Of a stretch of DNA of 64,000 bases, positions 26,181 through 40,700 are shown one piece after another (position 1 is the stretch's first letter; every line of letters begins with the position of its first letter). The DNA lies in the NCBI RefSeq assembly GCF_009914755.1, contig NC_060941.1; one strand, given 5' to 3'. The stretch comes from the human T2T-CHM13v2.0 reference genome, Homo sapiens. The notes beneath the pieces were generated by a model that ran no database searches, was not told the DNA's origin, and saw only the letters and a program-made list of their open reading frames with translations. The position numbers were made by a program, and so were the translations under genes.

Positions 26181-27285
26181 CTTCACACCCCCGAGGCTGC
26201 AGCTCCAAGCTGACATTGCCCACTTCCCCAGCCTTACCGTCTCTGCCTCTTTCCTCCTCGGTTATCCCACATGTGCATGCAGGCACATGTGCACACACAT
26301 GGTACATCAGACCACTAGCTGTTCCCAAAATATCCTAGCTTCACTCATGCTGGCCCCTCCTCCTGAAATGTCCTTCCCTTGCCCACTTGCAGTTAGGTCT
26401 TTCCTGTCATCAGAAAGTCCTACTCAAGTAGTTCTTTCTCCATGAGACTTCCAAGCTTCCCCCAGGCACGATCAACTATTCCATTCCCAGAATCTCCCCC
26501 GGCCCTATGTCATGTCTCCATTAAGCATGCAATGCAGTCTTCCTGGGAACCCAGCTGCCTTGTGGATGTTTTGTCAATGGCTGAGCCAACTTGGAGCACC
26601 TAGAGTCTGCTCTCAGCATCTTCTGGTGGCCCAGCCCTCTTCTCCCCCAACCCTGCCCCCTGCCACCAGCTATCTTGGAGATCACTTCACAGTTCCAGCT
26701 CTCTAGGCCCTATGCCTTCTCCCAATTTGCCATTTCTAGCATAGCTTTGACCACCAACTCCCTCAGTCCCCAACCCTGTCACCCAAGATCCCAGAGCCAC
26801 CACGAGGGGGATGTCAGTTAGCTGCAAGTCATCCTACCAGCCAAGTTCGTAAGGAGCAGACAGGACCTGAGGTTCCCTTACCCTTCCTCTGCCCTCCCCA
26901 TGGGCTGCAGGTCCTGTCCCCAGCACAGATGGCCTCCACACCAGGCTAACGGCCCTTCCCCCTACTCGAGGTCCACTCCCAGCCATTAATAATAGCAGTA
27001 CCATCGAGTGTTTCGTTACTTAGCAATTTGCAATCATTAATTAGTGGAAATTGCAGATTGGGGCCATGAAAGGAGGATGGTGAGATTAAGCTCGTTTTGA
27101 AATCAAGTTAATTGAGTGATGGAGAGGGATGGCTCTCTGCTCCGGAGCAAGAGCCCCTTCTGTACCTGCTGAGCCAGCCTCTGGCCTTGGACCAGGGCTC
27201 AGTTTCCCCATGAGTGAAACAGGAAGGTGATGAATGGAGATGCCTTGGGCTGGGTGAAACAGGAGCATCTAGAAAGATAGACATT

Positions 27286-27604
27286 GGCCAGGCACAGTGC
27301 TCATGCCTGGAATCCCAGCACTCTGGGAGGACAAGGCAGGCAGATTGCTCGAGCTCAGGAGTTCAAGACCAGCCTGGGCAACATGGTGAAACCCCATCTC
27401 TACCAAAAATACAAAAAAAATAGCCAGGCCTGGTGGTGCCCACCTGTAGTCCCAGCTACTCAAGAGGCTGAGGTGGGAGGATCGCTTGAGCCTGGGTTGG
27501 CAGAGGTTGCAGTGAGCTGAGACTGTGTCACTGCACTCCAGCCTGGGATACAGAGTGAAACTCTGTCTCAAAAAAAAAAAAAAGGAAAAAGAACAAAAAA
27601 AGAA
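27286..27604 (+). mobile_element. AluJb-like
   Basis: Full Alu with an A-rich tail; 5' TSD agaaagatagacatt (27271-27285). Confidence 0.95.
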
Positions 27605-27671
27605 AGAAAGATAGATAGATAGACATTGGGATAGACATAAAAGACTAAAATGGACACCACAGCCACTTTCT

Positions 27672-27970
<299 letters not shown>

Positions 27971-28769
27971 ACCACAGCCACTTTCTAAACTGATACTTGT
28001 TCCAACTTGCCTACAGGCCCCTTGAACTCCTATGGTTCTCCCACCTCCTCTGTGCCTTCCTAGCCCCAAGAACTTTTCCCCAGCCAACCTCTTTGAATTA
28101 TTCCAAATTCCTTTTGCATAATTATGCATTATTAACCTCTGGGAATTGATTTTACAGACAGTGTTTAAGGGGAAAGGGTTAAACATTCTCCCCTACCCCA
28201 CCCTACTCCGGAGGAAGATGCTGAGTAGACATCTCTTCTCCCAAAGCTGAAAGAAAGATGCTTCTGCCTGCACCCATATTTCTTCCCAAGGAGACACAAT
28301 TATCTCCCCCACTTCCCTTCCCAGCGAGCAACAAGACAACACTGGCCCTGATATACGGGCGGCCGGCGGGCTCCCTGTGCTGGATGAGGACACATCTGAG
28401 AGCTGCCGTCCCTAAGTCATCTCCCCTCCCCCTCGCCTCTGGGGAGGAATCTCAATGAGGAAGGCAAAGCCAAGGAGGCTGGGAAATCCTGGACAGGTGC
28501 CCAGCTTCTCCATCCATCCAAACCTAGGACCCAGGGCTTGACAGTCCCTCCCCCAAAAAGTAGGATTAGGACCCAGAAGGACCTAATAGCTCCTGCCTGT
28601 TCCTACATGCTTGTTCCCTGATTCCCAGCTGTTCCTACCTCATTCCTGACCTTCCATTCCAGCCATAGTGAGCAGCTCAGCATCCCATCCATCCTCCATG
28701 CCTTTGCCCAGTCTGTGTTCTCTGCCTGGAATGCTGCTTAGTATCTTGGACATCTGTTCCTTCAACATG

Positions 28770-29330
28770 CACTAAGTAGCTATGTTAGCACTACTAATAA
28801 AACGCTGAATAAGACGAGATTAATAAGCCTCTGCCTGATGCAACAAGAGAAGACAGTCTCACCAAAAAGTAACTAAAATATAGTGTAGTGGCTGCTATGG
28901 TAGAGGGAGGGCTGCAAACGGCACCTGCAGCACAGGTTGGGTCCTGAAGTATACGTATAGAAGATTAGCAGGTGCATAAGAAGGCTGGAGGAAGGGTGTT
29001 TCAAGCAAAGGGAATAGCATGTGCAATGGCTCATAGTCATAAAGAACACACACGCATGGGGAGCTTGGAGGAGAGTGTAGACTAGGGGAATAATGCTGAG
29101 ATGTGGAACCTCAGGGTCTGAGTGCCAAGGAGTATGCAGCAGGGCCACTGACAGCTGTGAGCAAATGCTTGCAGCTGAGCAAAGGATGGATAGGGGCAGG
29201 GAGTGGGGGTATGAGAGAGACAGAGTGATAAGCAAGTGTTAAGAGGCCACTGGAAACAAGGCAGGGTCTGTGAGCATAAAGAGAAGGGGTAGATTTGAGA
29301 GACATCCAAGAAGAATAGTCAACACATCCA
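28770..29330 (-). mobile_element. L2 fragment
   Basis: 'gggaatagcatgtgcaatggc...gagaaggggtagatttgagagacat'. Confidence 0.65.
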
Positions 29331-30429
29331 CTGAAATTCTACCCGGTCTTCAAGGCCCAATTCAAACACTCCCTCCTCCATGCAGCTTCCCCGATTTCCT
29401 CCACACCCGCAACAATTATGATCTCTTCCCTCTGTGATCCCAGACTGCTGAGCTCTCTATCAAACTGATCATCATGTTCTGCCTAATGTTACAGGAGTCT
29501 GCACAGGTCCCTATCCTCCCCAAATACTCCCTGAAGCAGGGATCATGTCTTATCTTCCCAGAGCCTAGCCTCTTGCCCTGCACAGAGTAGGCATTGATTT
29601 TGTTTGTTGAGTCTAATTTATTTGAAATATAGGGAGGCTGTAATCAGGATCGCTGCTAACCATGAGAGGTGTCCACACATGGAAAGGCTGGCCTGTGAGG
29701 GGGAAATTCCCAGCACTGGGAATGCAAGAGAGAGGACTGTTGCTCCCTCATTAGAGACCTTGCGGAGGGGAGTCTTGAACTGAGTGTGAGGTCAGGAGGC
29801 ATGCTTACATCTGCTCCAACTCTCTGGATCTCTAGGTCCCCTCTAAGCCTACATATGTTATAGGGACTAGTCTTCCTTTCCACAGAGAGGGAGACTCCCT
29901 TACCTTGGGCTGCATAACAAGTCCCCCTAGGGATGGGGATGGGTACCTGGCCCAGGATTCTCCCCACAGTGGATTAAGACTGTGTCCAGGGATTTGGAGT
30001 CCCTTCTCTGAGGGCAGCATGGTGTCTGGCCACTACCCTTCCTCTGCTCGATCCCCAAGTGATGTGGCCTCAGCACACATTGTTGTGCATAGTAGCATGG
30101 GAGCTTTGCTGATCCTTAGATTGTAATCCTTCTTCCCTCAAGCTGGAAGAAGGGGAATAAAATCTGGAGAGAAACAGAGAGGCCAAGGTCTAGTGAACAG
30201 GGTGGATGACTTCAAGAGCTCAGATGCAATGACCTCTTCATGCATTGCCCAAACATTTATTGAGCACCTAATTCACACCATTCCCTGGAATTGTTTTTCC
30301 ATCTCCACCCACTCATTGCAGCTGCACTGCCTCTATAGTGACACTGGAAACAAAAAAATAAGGATGGAGGAGAAACAAAACATACTGAGGCCCACTTACA
30401 TTAAGCATTCTCTTGGGCGCTTTGTGAAT

Positions 30430-30592
30430 TGGCATCTCTCAAACTTTAGAGTGCATAAGAGTCACTGGGATTTTGTTAAAACCAGATCCTGATTTGGTGG
30501 GTCTTAGTTGGGGCCTGACATTCTGCATTTCTCACAAGCTCTCAGATGACATTGAGGCTGCCTATCTGCAGACCATGTTTTGAGGAACAAGG
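30430..30592. mobile_element. MER5A
   Basis: 'tctcaaactttagagtgcataagagtcactggg...ggggcctgacattctgcatttctcacaagctctcag...tttgagga'. Confidence 0.85.
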
Positions 30593-31844
30593 TTGAATCC
30601 TTACCGAAAACAAAAAGAGAAAGAAAACCTGCAGAAGGATGTTGAGAGATTATTTTACAGGTTAGGAAGCTGAGGCTTAACAAGGTAAAGAATCAAAGAA
30701 TGGAGTCCTCAGTCCAGAGACCCTGGTAGGGAGACAGAGCACATATTACACAGTCTGCTGGAGCAGGGGTATGCCCCATCTTCAGAGAGCCAAGTCCAAA
30801 GAGGGGGATATAACTTTATTCTGGGAATACACCCAACTGGATGACAGATATAAAGCCCTGCCCAGTGGGAACTGCCCAGTCTTGTAGGGGAGACATTGCT
30901 TTTGTCTCAGGGGACCCCTTGTCCTTCAGTAAAGGCACAGCCCCTACCCTTTGAGAGGTTGTTCTCAAAGTTGGCTCAGAGACCCAGAGAGAGGAGGAGA
31001 AAACAATACAACATCAGGGAGGCCTGTATTTCCAACATGGAGCCCCACTGCCTAGACCGGGGAGGAGATGTAAGGAACAGAGTGGGCTCATGGGGAGCCC
31101 CTTCTCAAGCCACTCAAAAACCTACCCCAGATGCACTGAGCTCCTGGCCCCAACATGGAGCTGGAAGGTGGCCCCCACGCAGGGGTGGGCCAGGCTATTT
31201 AACACTGTAAACACCACACTTTACTGCAGCCATTAGGTCCATAACAGCGGCCCATCTATCCTCACACTGGCCCTGCGACACCAAGCACTGATGGTGCAAT
31301 TAGGTAGCAGAGAGCAGGCTGTAAATTGCTGGTACAGCCATCCCTCCACTGGGCACAGTGCGGATCCCCTGCCTGAACCTCCTGCAACCCAGGCTTCAGC
31401 GGCAAGTGGTAGTCTCCAGCCTCAGGACCCGCACAGGGACTACCCTCTGAGGCTGGGCCCCTGAGCACCAGAAAGCCTTTTGCCTGCTGGGGCCAGAAGG
31501 AACCATCAAATTCTTTGAATGGCTCCGCCCCACTGGCATTTTAGTGCCAGAAATTTCTGGGGTGCCCCTTGTGCTTCCTTAGAGGTCCCTTGTACAATCT
31601 CTAACAACCATCGCACTGTGTCCTGGAAAGGATGGGACTGCTTGCCCATTAGACCATGTGCTTGCACAGGGCTGGGAACTTTTGAAAACATTTTTGTGTC
31701 CACTGGGCCTCACACATCATAGAAACTATAAGTTAGAGAATGTACATTTTACTTCATAATAATGTATGTTCCCTGACACCTTGGGCAAGTTTCACCCTCT
31801 CTATAGACCCCAGTTACCCCTCTAAAGTATAAGGACAATAGACC

Positions 31845-32475
<631 letters not shown>

Positions 32476-35400
32476 CCTATCTCATAACCTGGTCAGGAGG
32501 CTCCCTGTGTCCTACAATTCTGGATTCTTCAAATGAATGAGTGAAAAGATGAAGAAGATGGTTGACTAGAGAGTTTTGAGCCTTACCTTCTTTATGAGAA
32601 AATCACAAGGTTCTTCAGTTTTCTGACTTCCTAGGGCAGGGAATATCTTTCCTGCCCCTTGCTCCCTCAGAAGATGATGAAGAGAGTTTATAAAATATTC
32701 AGAATAATGACAATTGTCAGGGACACTGAAGTATCACGTTGCACAAAGGCCAAGGGGAGAGTGGTGTTTGTGGGGTTGAGGGAGAGGGACCCATTACCCA
32801 CTTAATTCGAAGCCACAGCCAGGCTGAGATTCCCTCGCACAGTTCCCAAGGTCTGGCTGGTGGCTTAGTGGGCTCTCCTGATCAGCACCTAGGACAGCTC
32901 CACCCATCGCCCAGGATCCTCACTGCTCTATCCGGGCCCAGCCGCTTCTGTCCCACCTACCTCCCCAGCCTCCTCGCCTTTCCTTGTGCACCACGTGGGC
33001 TTTGTGTCCATTCCTCACTCTTGCCAAGCCCTTCCCCATCTCAGGCGCTTCTGATACCACCCCCTGGAAGTTTTATCCCACTTTTCACAGGGTTCCTGCT
33101 CGTTCTGAATATCTCAGCCTCAGCCTCACTTCCTCAGGGAGGGCTGCATCAAAACTGCAGTTCAAATTAAATCTCCATAGATGCTATCTCATTCCTTCAT
33201 AGCACAGATTGTGGCTGTCATGATATATAGATATTTGTGTGATTACTAATGTCTCCTTCTGCATTAGAATAGGAACTCCAGGGGCAGGGTTCAGACCAGT
33301 TCCATTTACCATTTTATATCCGGGACCTAACATCAGACCTGGTTACACAGTTGTTGGATGAATAAATTAGTGAGCCCCTTCTGAATGCAGGAACTATGCT
33401 AAAATATAGTCCCTTTCATGGAATAACTTAGAGTTTCATTGGCTAGTTAAATTCCAGTTTAGCTGGAGTTAAAAATAATCTAATCCCACCCCCCCACCCC
33501 AATAAAGGAAGTCTTTATTCGACTTTATTCTGAAGCATCAAATCATTCTATGATTAGGTGATGGACCCAGGGATAGAATCCAGCTCCTCAGTTTTCCAGT
33601 CAAGCCCAGTCTCACTGTGGCTTCTTCCCCCTGTGGTTCTGTTAGTTTATCTGCCTGTTAATGGCCACACACATACCCCCTTCCATTATCCCATCAGCCC
33701 TGCTTGGGCATTGCTATTGATGGCATTTAACCCCCTGGGGTTTCTGTTTGCTCTGGCTCTACCCCATTGCTGCTTTCCCAGAGAGTCTGTCTGGGCCTCC
33801 TCAGCAGCTCTGAGTGTGGACAAGAAGGAAGATTTAATGTTACTGCTTTGGTCTTTTGTTTCTGCAAAGCAAACCCTTCCCCTGCTGGGAAACTCATCAT
33901 CACCAAGCATCAAGCTCAAGCTGAGTTCCACTTAGCTGTTTGCAAATGGCAGTGGGGTGGGTGGAGGGTGAGCAGAAGGCTTGTAGTCCAAGGAGGGGGA
34001 ACACAGTGTTTGTGAGAAAACACAATGGTAGGAGGACTGTTGGGGAGGAAGATGAGGTTTGTGATGAAGACTGGCTGACTGTGAGAAAAGAATACACCAG
34101 GGCACAGGTCTGCCTTGCCCACAATCAATCCCTGAATTGACCATCTTCTGATCACAAGCATGGACATTGGTCAGTACAGGCTTTGGCACAATTCCCATGG
34201 TACATCCTAGGCAGCTCTCAGCCTTCTATGAGTGGACTGATTATCTCACCAGCTGAGAGTCCCTGGGAATTCTTCTAATCTCTATGGGCTTCACTTTACT
34301 CATCCTGCAAATGGGAATGCTTGCAAAGTTGCTGTCAGTATATAACAAGATCATTCATACACACACTCAGGGAGGGCTTCACACATCATAGGATGCACAA
34401 CAAACATGCTCTCCTCCCTGTAACAAGTATTTAGCCTCGCTTGCTCTCTACTTTGACCACAACTTGCCCAACAGCAGGGCTCACCCATTGTGGCTGGCCC
34501 AGGACTAGTGGAGAGGGATGGGGTAGGTGGCGGCCATGCTAGCACTCTGTGTCTTCATCTATCCCTGCACCTCCTCCAGCCCCATGCCTTCCTTCCTTGT
34601 TCATTCCAGTCATCAGTGTTCTCTGAACTGCAGGCAGAGTAATGTATTCCGTGGTCAGAACGTCTTCTGCTCCCTGCTGCTGCCATCTCTGTCTTGGTCT
34701 CCCTCCTCTCCACCCCATGAGCATGAAGACAAAATACCCATAGATGAGATGAAAAGGATAGAGGTAAAAAAGGACAGAGCAGAAGAAGGGGACCAAGTCC
34801 CCCCACCGTCTCAGCTTCCCTAATTGAATGACTCTCCTACCTGACTCTCCTGTCGGCTCCCATGTTCCTTCATTCTCCCTGATGGCCCTGAAATCATCTC
34901 CCCCATCTCATCAAATCTCTCCCCCTTCCTCCTGCTTGTTCTCTAAGCCGCAGATTACTTTTTCATAAAATTCAATTTCTAGCCATTCTCATTACTTACT
35001 CACTTAATGTGGCGGGGAGGGGGAGCAGAGGAAGACGAGGGAGGGAGATGGTGTCTGTGCAGCACTTATCCAGCCTAGTTACCAAGGCCCCTCGCTGAGG
35101 TGTATTAGAGTCTGATAAGACCAGATAATGGACTTCTGTCCCCACACAGGGAGCTGGCATTGGCGTATTCGGGTATTGCGGCATCATGTCGGAGGGTGGC
35201 AACACTTACAATTGTCATCCGTGACTCCTCTCTTGCTGGGAAGAGTCCACTGGGAAAGCTATTTGTTCAACAAATATTTTCAGAGAGAATTTTATTCACC
35301 TGTCACCCTACTAGGCACTGGGAGCACAGTCATAATAAAGAGGGGTCTCTCTCCCAGGCCCAGTGGTCAGGGAAGAATTCGGGAGGAAGAGGCATAGAAG

Positions 35401-36549
35401 AAGATCTGAATAGGAATTATATAAGCTCAAAGAAGAAAACAAGTATCTTAGTTTGGGTTCCCCTTTAAAAAGGAGCCTGAAACAAGGGCTTCGGGGCAGA
35501 TAATTTACTTGGGAGATAATCCCAAGAAACCAGAGGGAGGGAGTCAAATGGGGAGTGAGACAGGGAAAAAGAGAAATCAGTAAAGATAGATTAAGTGAGT
35601 TACTTCTGTAGAAAACTCCAGACCCTCTGCATAACCACATTGAATATGCCACAGAATTATCCCTTAAGGAAGGAGGATAGGACATTATCCTCTGACTCCT
35701 GTCCCCATTGTTTGAGGGTTAGCCCCAGTGGTATTCATTTCCCTGCACTTTCATTATGCTTGTACAGGCTGAGCAGCCTTCTCAGACTTCTGAGAAAGCC
35801 CTGAGTCTGAAAAGCAGAGAGATACCACTTTGCATGCTTGGGATAAGATGCTGGCAGCATGCCCAGAATTGTCTACCACAGTTGCACTGAAATCAGATCA
35901 ATGAAGGGAATGTGGTGTGGGGCACACAAAGTGTCTGCTACAGTCCACCCCTTGTAGAGCTCAGATCTGCCTGTGACCCAAAATAAGTTCACCTTGTTGC
36001 TGAATTTTCAAGAAAAGGCAGGCCTTAATCTCTATTTTCTAAAACGTTCTTCAGACAGGAAGGTTAATGTGTCAGGGTACAGTTCCAACAGCTACAGCAG
36101 GTCCTGAGAGATATCCATCCCCCATGCCCTTTACCACTTACTCTATATTTCCTTTACCCTCAGCCTACCTGATTCTGCCAGCCTGGGTCACTTGCTCAGT
36201 GAGGTACCCAGACCAACATCCATGAGACAGGTAAGGGGGGTGAGCCCCTGGTTGCCTCAGTCCCATTAGGCTGTTTTTGCTGCAATTACCTATTCACTAT
36301 TATCATCAGGTATGGAAACATTAAGAGATGCGCCAGTGAACCCCCTGAGTTCCAGACAGAGTCTTCCCCATCCTGGTTAGGTAGCAGCAACCCCAGCTCT
36401 TTGTGAAAATCGTGGTCAATTACTCCGACCTTCTTTTTGCTAGTCCACTGACATGAAGGATTCAAAGTGACCAGGGATCACTCAGGGTCAGTCACAGTAG
36501 AACTCTACTGTGTCTCCCTGTAGAACCGGAACCTGGCCTCCACCAGAGC

Positions 36550-36882
36550 CTAGAGTTGGGGAGACAGAAAGCACATCTTCTTCTTGAAGGTTATTGGAAG
36601 TGATGATAGATGGACCCAACTTGCTTCCAACCCTTGTTTCCCAGATGTATATTCTAGCTCTCGGGGGACACAGCACCATGCATGAACCATTGGTTCAATG
36701 CATACCACATCCTGGAGGTCAGTACCACAACCCTGCAAGGTATTTTCCACAAACTGGTGTCTTCTCCAAGCCTTTAATAGGCTATTCCAGTATTCTATCA
36801 GGCCACCTGCTTCTAAGTGGTCTGGTGTATAATAGGACCAGTGAATTACATGTCTCATGACTATGTTGACCTCCTGCACCAT
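36550..36882 (-). pseudogene. ERVL integrase remnant
   Basis: IHWSYYTPDHLEAGGLIEYWNSLLK resembles the ERV-L IN core IHWSYHVPHHPEAAGLIERWNGLLK; flanks are frameshifted. Confidence 0.8.
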
Positions 36883-37394
36883 GAAATAAATCTCTTGGTC
36901 TGAGATTATGTTTTTGTGGGATCCGATGCAGATAAATCAGTCACGTTTTGAGATCTCAGATAGTCATACTAGCAGAGGCACTGCAAACAGGAACAACAAA
37001 TCAAATCGGATGAGGGTAAAGGCCAAAAAAGCGAATTGAGTAGAGATATGATGGAGACAACCACCCTGCATCTTTTACATCTTTCAGGGTGGCTCTAATC
37101 TCTGCAATTTCACCTGGATAGCTTTTGACTTTCTATTTTGGCTGGAGAGGGGAGCAGTTTCAAGAGATTCCATTTAGCTCTTCTTACCATAAAAACTCTT
37201 ACTCCACAGGTGAGAGCACCAATGTGAGGGTCTGCCAACATCTAAATATATCCATCTCAATAATGCATACAAGGGTTAGGGAAGAATAGTCCAGGGACTA
37301 TTAGAGGTACTGGAAAGTGAATGTAGGGTAGAACTCTACCACATTGCCTTCACAAACTCCCAATTTCACTGGGGAACTTTGATGGCATCACAGG

Positions 37395-37460
37395 CCAGGT
37401 CCCCTAGCATCAGTGATAGTCAGACCTTGTATTCAACAGTGCTCAAAAGGTCTGGGTGAT
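37395..37460 (-). pseudogene. ERVL protease remnant
   Basis: QTF*ALLNTRS then frameshifted LSLMLGD resembles QTFRGLLDTGSELTLIPGD; catalytic DTG lost. Confidence 0.6.
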
Positions 37461-38416
37461 CCCCTGTCTTTGGCAAATGGCCAAGGGTCCCTTTGTTGAA
37501 TAAGAAAGGGAATATTTATTGTATACACTTTGGTAACATTTCAGGTTCTTCCTCAAGAGGACCTGGTTTTCCATCAGTGGATGGGCTCTGGGTCTGAGAA
37601 CTAGCTCAGATCTGGACAGAGGACGAGGAATCATGATTTTCTATTGCAGTGGCTGATATCAGCCATTAGATAATCAGTTTGTTTTGTTTTAATTTTCTTG
37701 TGGTTATGCAAGTCATGGAATACCCTCGTTGGCCACCTATTATCTAGACCCTGGGAACACCATGGTGTGTTTTTCAGGACCAGAGCTCCTTGTATGTTAA
37801 GGCACACTGGTGGCCACTCTGGCCTTGCTTCCTACTACAGTAATTATGTCCACTTTGCCTCTGATTGTTAATGCCAACACCAGACCTCTACTAGTCCAGG
37901 TTCTTCTCTTCCCCATTGACACAGAGAACTCAACCCCATGGCTTCATCTCCTGTCTGCTCCAGCCTACAGAGGACAGCCACCACCAAGCCACTCATTGAG
38001 GTTGGAGCCTCCCTCACTAGTGCATTGCTTATCATTCTAATGGTGAGAGTGTCCTATTGCCCTTCTCTGGGTACATAGATTTACATGATAGGTTTTCTGG
38101 TTTTGTGTAATAAAATCCATTCTAATACACTCACTTCTCTAACAGTTCTGACATTTCCAAGGAGCTGTCCAAGCAGCATAAGAAGGCTCCAGGATTCCCT
38201 GCCAAAACATTAAATCCTGTCTTGGAAGAGTGTCCCCATGTCAATAAATGTCTTATTTCCAGTCTATATTCCACCCCACCCAAGTCCAACTTCTCGAATT
38301 CCATTCTTATACATATTTCCCAGTTCCAGCTGCCATGCAGTAGCCAGGTCCTCCTGCAACTCTTTCAGTGAATAAGCTATTTCCTCCCTTAACAGGGATT
38401 ATACTCCCTCTCTTGA

Positions 38417-38776
<360 letters not shown>

Positions 38777-39800
38777 TAATCTAGATATAGGTAGGGGCAG
38801 ATCTTGAAGCTGGACAAGTATCATCTTGCAAGGCATCTACCACAAGAGAGGTTTCTGCATAAGAGAGGCAAGGAGAGGCTGATCTACTCTAACAAGGGGG
38901 AAGAGGCTGCTATTGTCAGCCAGGAGGGTTCAGGGGAAGCTGGAAGTTCAATGTTCTCAGATGTATCCACCCAAATATCCCCAGCTCATATCTCACAGTC
39001 CCACTCCTTCTCTAACAGGGATCTGACTTGAGCCTAAAAGACCTGTTAAAGCTGCATGTTAAACCCTCTTTGCAGCTTTGCCTTCCTTATCATTCACTCC
39101 TGGCCTTGGTTTTTAGCATTGCTGGTCCTGTACCACACCCAGTCCACCAAGTGAAAATCTCAAGAATTTAGATGCTCAGTAAATTAAAAGTTTCCACACA
39201 CCACACTGGATGCCTGCAAAGGAGTCCTTATTGCCATCTGACTGGTTAATGATCCAGTTCCAGAATCCCATACTGAAGAGGAGCTTTTTAGGGTGACTTC
39301 TAGTATCAGCTGTCATAGTTGATCTCTCCCTAAAAGCAGAACCTGAAACAAGGTCAGAGATGCAGGTAGTTGACTTGGGAGATGATGCTAGGAAACTGGA
39401 GTAAGGGAGTAAGGACAGCAAGACAAGGAAGGAGAAAGACCAATAAAATGTATATGGTTGGTCTGGTTACACTGTGGGCTACTGGAGCTCAGTCCTGCTG
39501 CAGATCCTCTGAAGAACTACATAGAACACACCTTAAAATTGTTTCTCCAGGAACAGAGGACAGAAACACTTGCTCACTAACTACTATCCCCCATTAGTTC
39601 CCCTGAGGATGTAAACTATCCTGCTCAGCAACTTTCCACCACTTTGGAGAAAGCCCTCCATCAGAAAAACAGAAAGACAATGTAGCCTGTGTTTCAGACG
39701 GGAATGCCTGGAAGTGTCCGCAATAGCTGTGCTGAAATCAGATGGGCTGAAAGGGTATGCCATGAAGCAAAAAAAAAAAAAAAAAAAAAAGTGCTGCAAA

Positions 39801-40700
39801 TAATGTTTCTGACAGCAGCAATAGCACATGCAAAAAAAAAAAAAAAAGTGAGAGAGAAGATGGTTACAGCATAGGGGCTGGGGGTTAGGGACTTGAGGCA
39901 AAAGAGGATCATAAAGAATCTAGTAGGCCATATTAAGAGTTTGAATTTCACTCTGAAAGAATTTGAGAGCCATTGAAGTGTTTTAATCTGGAGAGTGAAA
40001 TGACAATGAACTTTTTGTAGAGCTTTATTATACAAACCACTAATTGTCACCCAGTATCAACACTCCCTGTCTTCATCAGTGCCTCTCATCTTTCAATGGG
40101 CACAGGACTCCAGCCCAAGTCTCTCTTACATCTAGGAGTGGCCACAATGTTCAGTTTGGGCCAGTGGGATGTGAATGAAAGTAGTGGGTGCTATCCAAGA
40201 AGTATCCTTAATGGGAGTGTCCTCCTTCCTGCTGTGTGGACTGGGGATATAATAGCTAGAGCTGGAGCAGCCATCTTGGTCCATGAGGTGACAAGATAAA
40301 AAAGTCAGGGCATTAAAATAAAAAGGGGTTGCAGTGCCTGACAACACCATGGAGCAAATCCACCATGCCAGCCCTGAACTTCTCACCTGCAGACTTTTCA
40401 TGTAATTTTGGGTCTCTGTTACTCATAGTTTAACCTAATTCTAACTGACACAGGGCTCTAGAGTGAATACCAACACATCAGTTAGAAAGTTATTACAGGT
40501 AAAGAATCTAGGCAAAGGGTAATTGTAGCTTGGACTGGGATGGTGGCAGTGAAAATTGAGCAAAGTGGGTGGATTGGAGGGATATTTTGGAGGTTAAATC
40601 TATGGCTTGGTGCTTGTGAGAGAGTATGAGGGGGTTAGAGATAAGGAGCCCTAGGGTTTCCCCGGTTCCAGACATGAGCAAAGGGATAGTGGTGGGACCT
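39801..40700 (-). mobile_element. L2 fragment (continues L2 at ~35260-35443; interrupted by an MLT1)
   Basis: 'gtaggccatattaagagtttgaatt...gagccattgaag' and 'gatattttggaggttaaatctatgg'. Confidence 0.65.
40030..40450 (+). mobile_element. MLT1 (J-like) LTR
   Basis: 'ggccagtgggatgtgaatgaaagt...gctggagcagccatcttgg...gggtctctgttactcatag...cctaattctaactgaca'. Confidence 0.75.

Noticed and set aside
26799-26812. CTCF-like CCACGAGGGGGATG (also near 1213 and 59686)
   Set aside because: Each misses key core positions, so none is supportable without ChIP data.
31533-31560. Palindrome CCAGAAATTTCTGG and adjacent small hairpin
   Set aside because: Chance-level frequency, only two HSE units, and probably inside a decayed DNA transposon.
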